From Octopus sinensis (Eukaryota): a DNA stretch of 64,000 nt. A program made the translations under genes and the position numbers. Shown here piece by piece: positions 63,176-64,000 of the stretch; position 1 is the first letter of the stretch, and each line of letters opens with the position of its first letter. Under the pieces are notes generated by a model. That model did no database searches and was not told the DNA's origin. It worked only from the letters and a program-made list of their open reading frames with translations. Where the stretch lies: assembly GCF_006345805.1 (NCBI RefSeq), contig NC_043005.1:64914001-64978000 (forward strand), read 5' to 3'.

Positions 63176-64000
63176 ATACAAATGTACATAGGGTAAATGT
63201 GTTTGAAACTTGTGGTTTCTTTGGTATGTTTGCTCCCAAATAACACTTATAGTGTTATTGACACCGCCGGATTGAATGGTACTGCCCAGGTGTCCAAATC
63301 ATAATGATATCCGTGGGGCAGCTGATGATGGAGGTATGTTGGATTATTGGTATGGCTGTTTTTGTATATTTGGAATAATATAACACATCCTTTATATATA
63401 TATGTGTGTGCATACACACATATGTATGTATATCTATCTATATATATTTAAACCTTGTGTTTACCTACTAAGCTCATTCACGGATACTGGCTATCAGACA
63501 AAGGTGTAATCTGGGGATCGTTTACTCTACCAAATAAATGTCTGAAAAGCCACAAGTATGCATAAAGCTTTCATACTGACAAGAATAATGGAGTGACAAA
63601 GTCATTTTACTAAGTCATTTACAATTGTTTCATCTTAATTCAAATAAACAATTTTTGCAACTTTATAAAATAATACATGCATCTATTGATTACTTTTCAT
63701 ATGTCCTTCAGATTAACTCTAATGATAAATGTTTTATACCATTCTTCAGAATTGCGCATAAAATAATACGCAGCAATGAATATATACGCATTACAAATAG
63801 GCATGTTCGCGTGATCACATTTAACATCATACAAACCAATGGAGAAAATATAATTGGTCAAGAAAAGCAAATAAAAAATATTTTTGCTCAAGCGTAATAA
63901 TAAATAATCAGTTGGTTGTCAGGTCTCATATCAGCATCAGAACTTTATAGTCGCTTATCTCATTAAATAGAGATTAATGTCTCGTAAAGCATAATAAAAC

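Overview
AT-rich, microsatellite-dense eukaryotic DNA. The SINE families look like those of coleoid cephalopods, probably Octopus; that is my recollection, not a database search. I cannot support any host protein-coding gene, rRNA, genuine tRNA gene or CRISPR array, and most ORFs in the supplied track are translated microsatellites. The window is a dense field of mostly decayed mobile elements. It contains at least four tRNA-derived SINE families and non-autonomous Helitrons. LINE fragments are CR1, RTE, L1/Tx1 and a restriction-like-endonuclease type. There are three decayed Tc1/mariner transposons (DD36E, DD37D and mariner-type), several MITEs and foldbacks, and Penelope-like retroelements of two types (Neptune-like and Naiad-like). 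The most interesting signals are: (1) a young 2.7-kb non-autonomous LTR element with a tRNA-Trp primer site, inserted in (ATCT)n; (2) short microsatellite-embedded inserts carrying minimal type-I hammerhead-ribozyme-like folds, one with an intact core; (3) a Naiad-like endonuclease with TGA exactly at a conserved Cys, a possible selenocysteine relic; (4) repeated foldback palindromes beside (TA)n tracts; (5) a DD36E Tc1 element and an RTE copy with an apparent 5' inversion. All alignments and folds were done by eye.
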